Source of the DNA: an uncultured Saprospiraceae bacterium | GTDB lineage: Bacteria > Bacteroidota > Bacteroidia > Chitinophagales > Saprospiraceae | Assembly: GCA_937952155.1 (NCBI GenBank) | Contig: CALFYH010000088.1 | Location: 1 to 57,471, forward strand | Length of the DNA: 57,471 bases | Direction: 5' to 3' | Shown: positions 55,968-57,471 of the stretch, in pieces | How positions within the stretch are numbered: position 1 is the stretch's first letter | Layout of the letters: every line of letters starts with the position of its first letter | Translations under genes and position numbers: made by a program | The notes under the pieces: model-generated | Told to the model about the DNA's origin: nothing | Databases searched by the model: none | The model's input: the letters and a program-made list of their open reading frames with translations, nothing else

Positions 55968-57471
55968 TTGTACATTTTTTTTATCCGAATTTTTTCGACG
56001 TTTTCATTTTACTTATGGAAAAGTAGGGAGAAGTTTATCTTTTCCTGTTTCCTTCTTACATTATTTTCCTTTGGCCTACATGCCCAAAAGAAACCTGCAT
56101 TTTTGGCAGAATATAAGCGACATTGGGTAGATTCAGTCTTTTTGAGTTTGACGCTTGAAGAAAAATTGGGTCAATTGATGATGCCTCGGGGCAACTACTC
56201 TGGAAAAGCCCATGATGTAGAAACGCTCAAAATGTGGGTCAAAAAATACAAAATAGGTGGCTTGGTTTTTTTTGCATCTGATCCTGTCACACAAGCTAAA
56301 CTTACCAATGAACTGCAAAGTCTATCCCAAACGCCGCTTTTTATTGGTCAGGATTTAGAATGGGGATTGGGAATGCGTCTCGATAGTACCGACAGGTTTC
56401 CTTATGCTGTCAGTATTGGAGCCATTAAAAATGGTGATAAGTTGATCGAAGATATGGGCCGCGAAATAGGCAGACAATGTAGGCGAATAGGTGTTCATAT
56501 TAATTATGCTCCTGTGGTAGATGTCAATAACAATCCACAAAATCCAGTTATCAACTTCAGGTCTTTTGGCGCAGACAAGTTGAATGTTACCGCAAAAGGT
56601 CTTGCCTATATGAAAGGACTAGAAAGTGAAAACATTATTGCTACAGCAAAGCACTTTCCCGGACATGGAGATACCAATGTAGATTCACATCACGACCTGC
56701 CGATTATTACTCACCAAAAAAGTAGATTGTCAGATATAGAATTGTATCCGTTCAAATCCTTGATAGTGCATGGTTTGCCTGCTATTATGACGGCACATCT
56801 TAATATACCTGCACTAGAACCAATTGAAGGATTGGCATCGACATTTTCTCATAATATAGTTACGAATTTACTAAAGAAGGAAATGCACTTTGAAGGATTG
56901 ACTTTCACAGATGCGATGGAAATGAAAGGTGCTATAAAAAATTTTCCGAAAGGTGAAGCAATGCTCAAATCACTTTTGGCTGGAAATGATATCTTAGAAA
57001 CATTTATAGATGTACCTGAAACTATTGAGACACTAAAGGCTGCAGTAAAAAATGGTCAATTACCCATAGAATTGGTCAATCAAAAGGTAAAGAAAATTCT
57101 TATGGCTAAGTCTTGGGTAGGATTAGATGATTACAAACCTATTTCTTTGGACGGCTTAAAACAAGATCTCAATACATCAAATTCGGATTTTATAAATTAT
57201 CAACTTACCGAAAAAAGTATTACGTGTCTCAAAAATGAAAATAAACTACTTCCTATTCGAGATCTGAGCCAGAAAATCGCTGTTCTCAACATTGATGGTG
57301 ATAGTATTTCGCAATTTTATACCACAACCAAGCAATACACACAAGTTGATTATTTTAGAATTACAAAAAATTCACCTGTTGTCTATATTGATAGTCTGCT
57401 TAAAAAATTGGAAAAATATAATATTGTTCTCGCTACATTTCATTTGATTGATATCCGTGCATCAAAAAATT
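55968..57471 (+). CDS. glycoside hydrolase family 3 (NagZ-like beta-N-acetylhexosaminidase/beta-glucosidase), 3'-truncated by window end
   Basis: The frame is open to the window end, so it is absent from the ORF track. Motifs are LTLEEKLGQLMMPRG and KHFPGHGDTNVDSHHDLP. A signal-like segment FIFSCFLLTLFSFGLHAQ lies upstream. The start is uncertain: TTG at 55968, or a frameshifted ATG at 56015. The first in-frame ATG (56178) would remove the signal peptide. Confidence 0.8.
   Translation, partial: MYIFFIRIFSTFSFYLWKSREKFIFSCFLLTLFSFGLHAQKKPAFLAEYKRHWVDSVFLSLTLEEKLGQLMMPRGNYSGKAHDVETLKMWVKKYKIGGLVFFASDPVTQAKLTNELQSLSQTPLFIGQDLEWGLGMRLDSTDRFPYAVSIGAIKNGDKLIEDMGREIGRQCRRIGVHINYAPVVDVNNNPQNPVINFRSFGADKLNVTAKGLAYMKGLESENIIATAKHFPGHGDTNVDSHHDLPIITHQKSRLSDIELYPFKSLIVHGLPAIMTAHLNIPALEPIEGLASTFSHNIVTNLLKKEMHFEGLTFTDAMEMKGAIKNFPKGEAMLKSLLAGNDILETFIDVPETIETLKAAVKNGQLPIELVNQKVKKILMAKSWVGLDDYKPISLDGLKQDLNTSNSDFINYQLTEKSITCLKNENKLLPIRDLSQKIAVLNIDGDSISQFYTTTKQYTQVDYFRITKNSPVVYIDSLLKKLEKYNIVLATFHLIDIRASKN

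Noticed and set aside
1-57471. Search for CRISPR arrays, tRNA/rRNA/tmRNA genes, integrases/transposases, IS inverted repeats, toxin-antitoxin pairs and known defence genes
   Set aside because: None was recognised. Every intergenic gap is under 470 nt, no direct-repeat arrays were seen, and no cloverleaf-like GC-rich segments or recombinase motifs were found. The window reads as core chromosome.

Overview
This is a 57.5-kb AT-rich chromosomal segment that reads as a Bacteroidota genome or MAG contig. Supporting signs are T9SS C-terminal sorting domains, a GldH-like lipoprotein, a DUF2723 membrane protein, and TAnnTTTG -7 promoter boxes close to start codons. I support 39 protein-coding genes. 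Two run off the window edges and two are under 60 aa, so all four are missing from the supplied ORF track. Content is mostly core metabolism and housekeeping: smpB, fhs, sucC, ppdK, rpiB, thiL, an RluA-type pseudouridine synthase and a Pif1-like helicase. There is also a strong peptide-scavenging and envelope theme: M14, M28 and M48 peptidases, three tandem POT peptide transporters, a thioester alpha-2-macroglobulin, outer-membrane beta-barrels and T9SS cargo. I found no rRNA, tRNA, CRISPR array, integrase or transposase, and no recognisable defence genes, so this looks like an ordinary core region rather than an accessory island. The first 33 nt are an Illumina adapter, which is an assembly artefact. 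The best candidate for an undescribed system is a co-directional module of an M48 metalloprotease, three tandem diverged AIM24/TIGR00266 paralogues and a small outer-membrane beta-barrel (8018-11983). Secondary items are a 1225-aa cytochrome c / PA14 / beta-propeller / DUF1080 fusion lipoprotein, an alpha-2-macroglobulin without a PBP1C partner, and a free-standing 57-codon ORF with its own promoter box and terminator. All family assignments come from motif recognition by eye; no database search was run.
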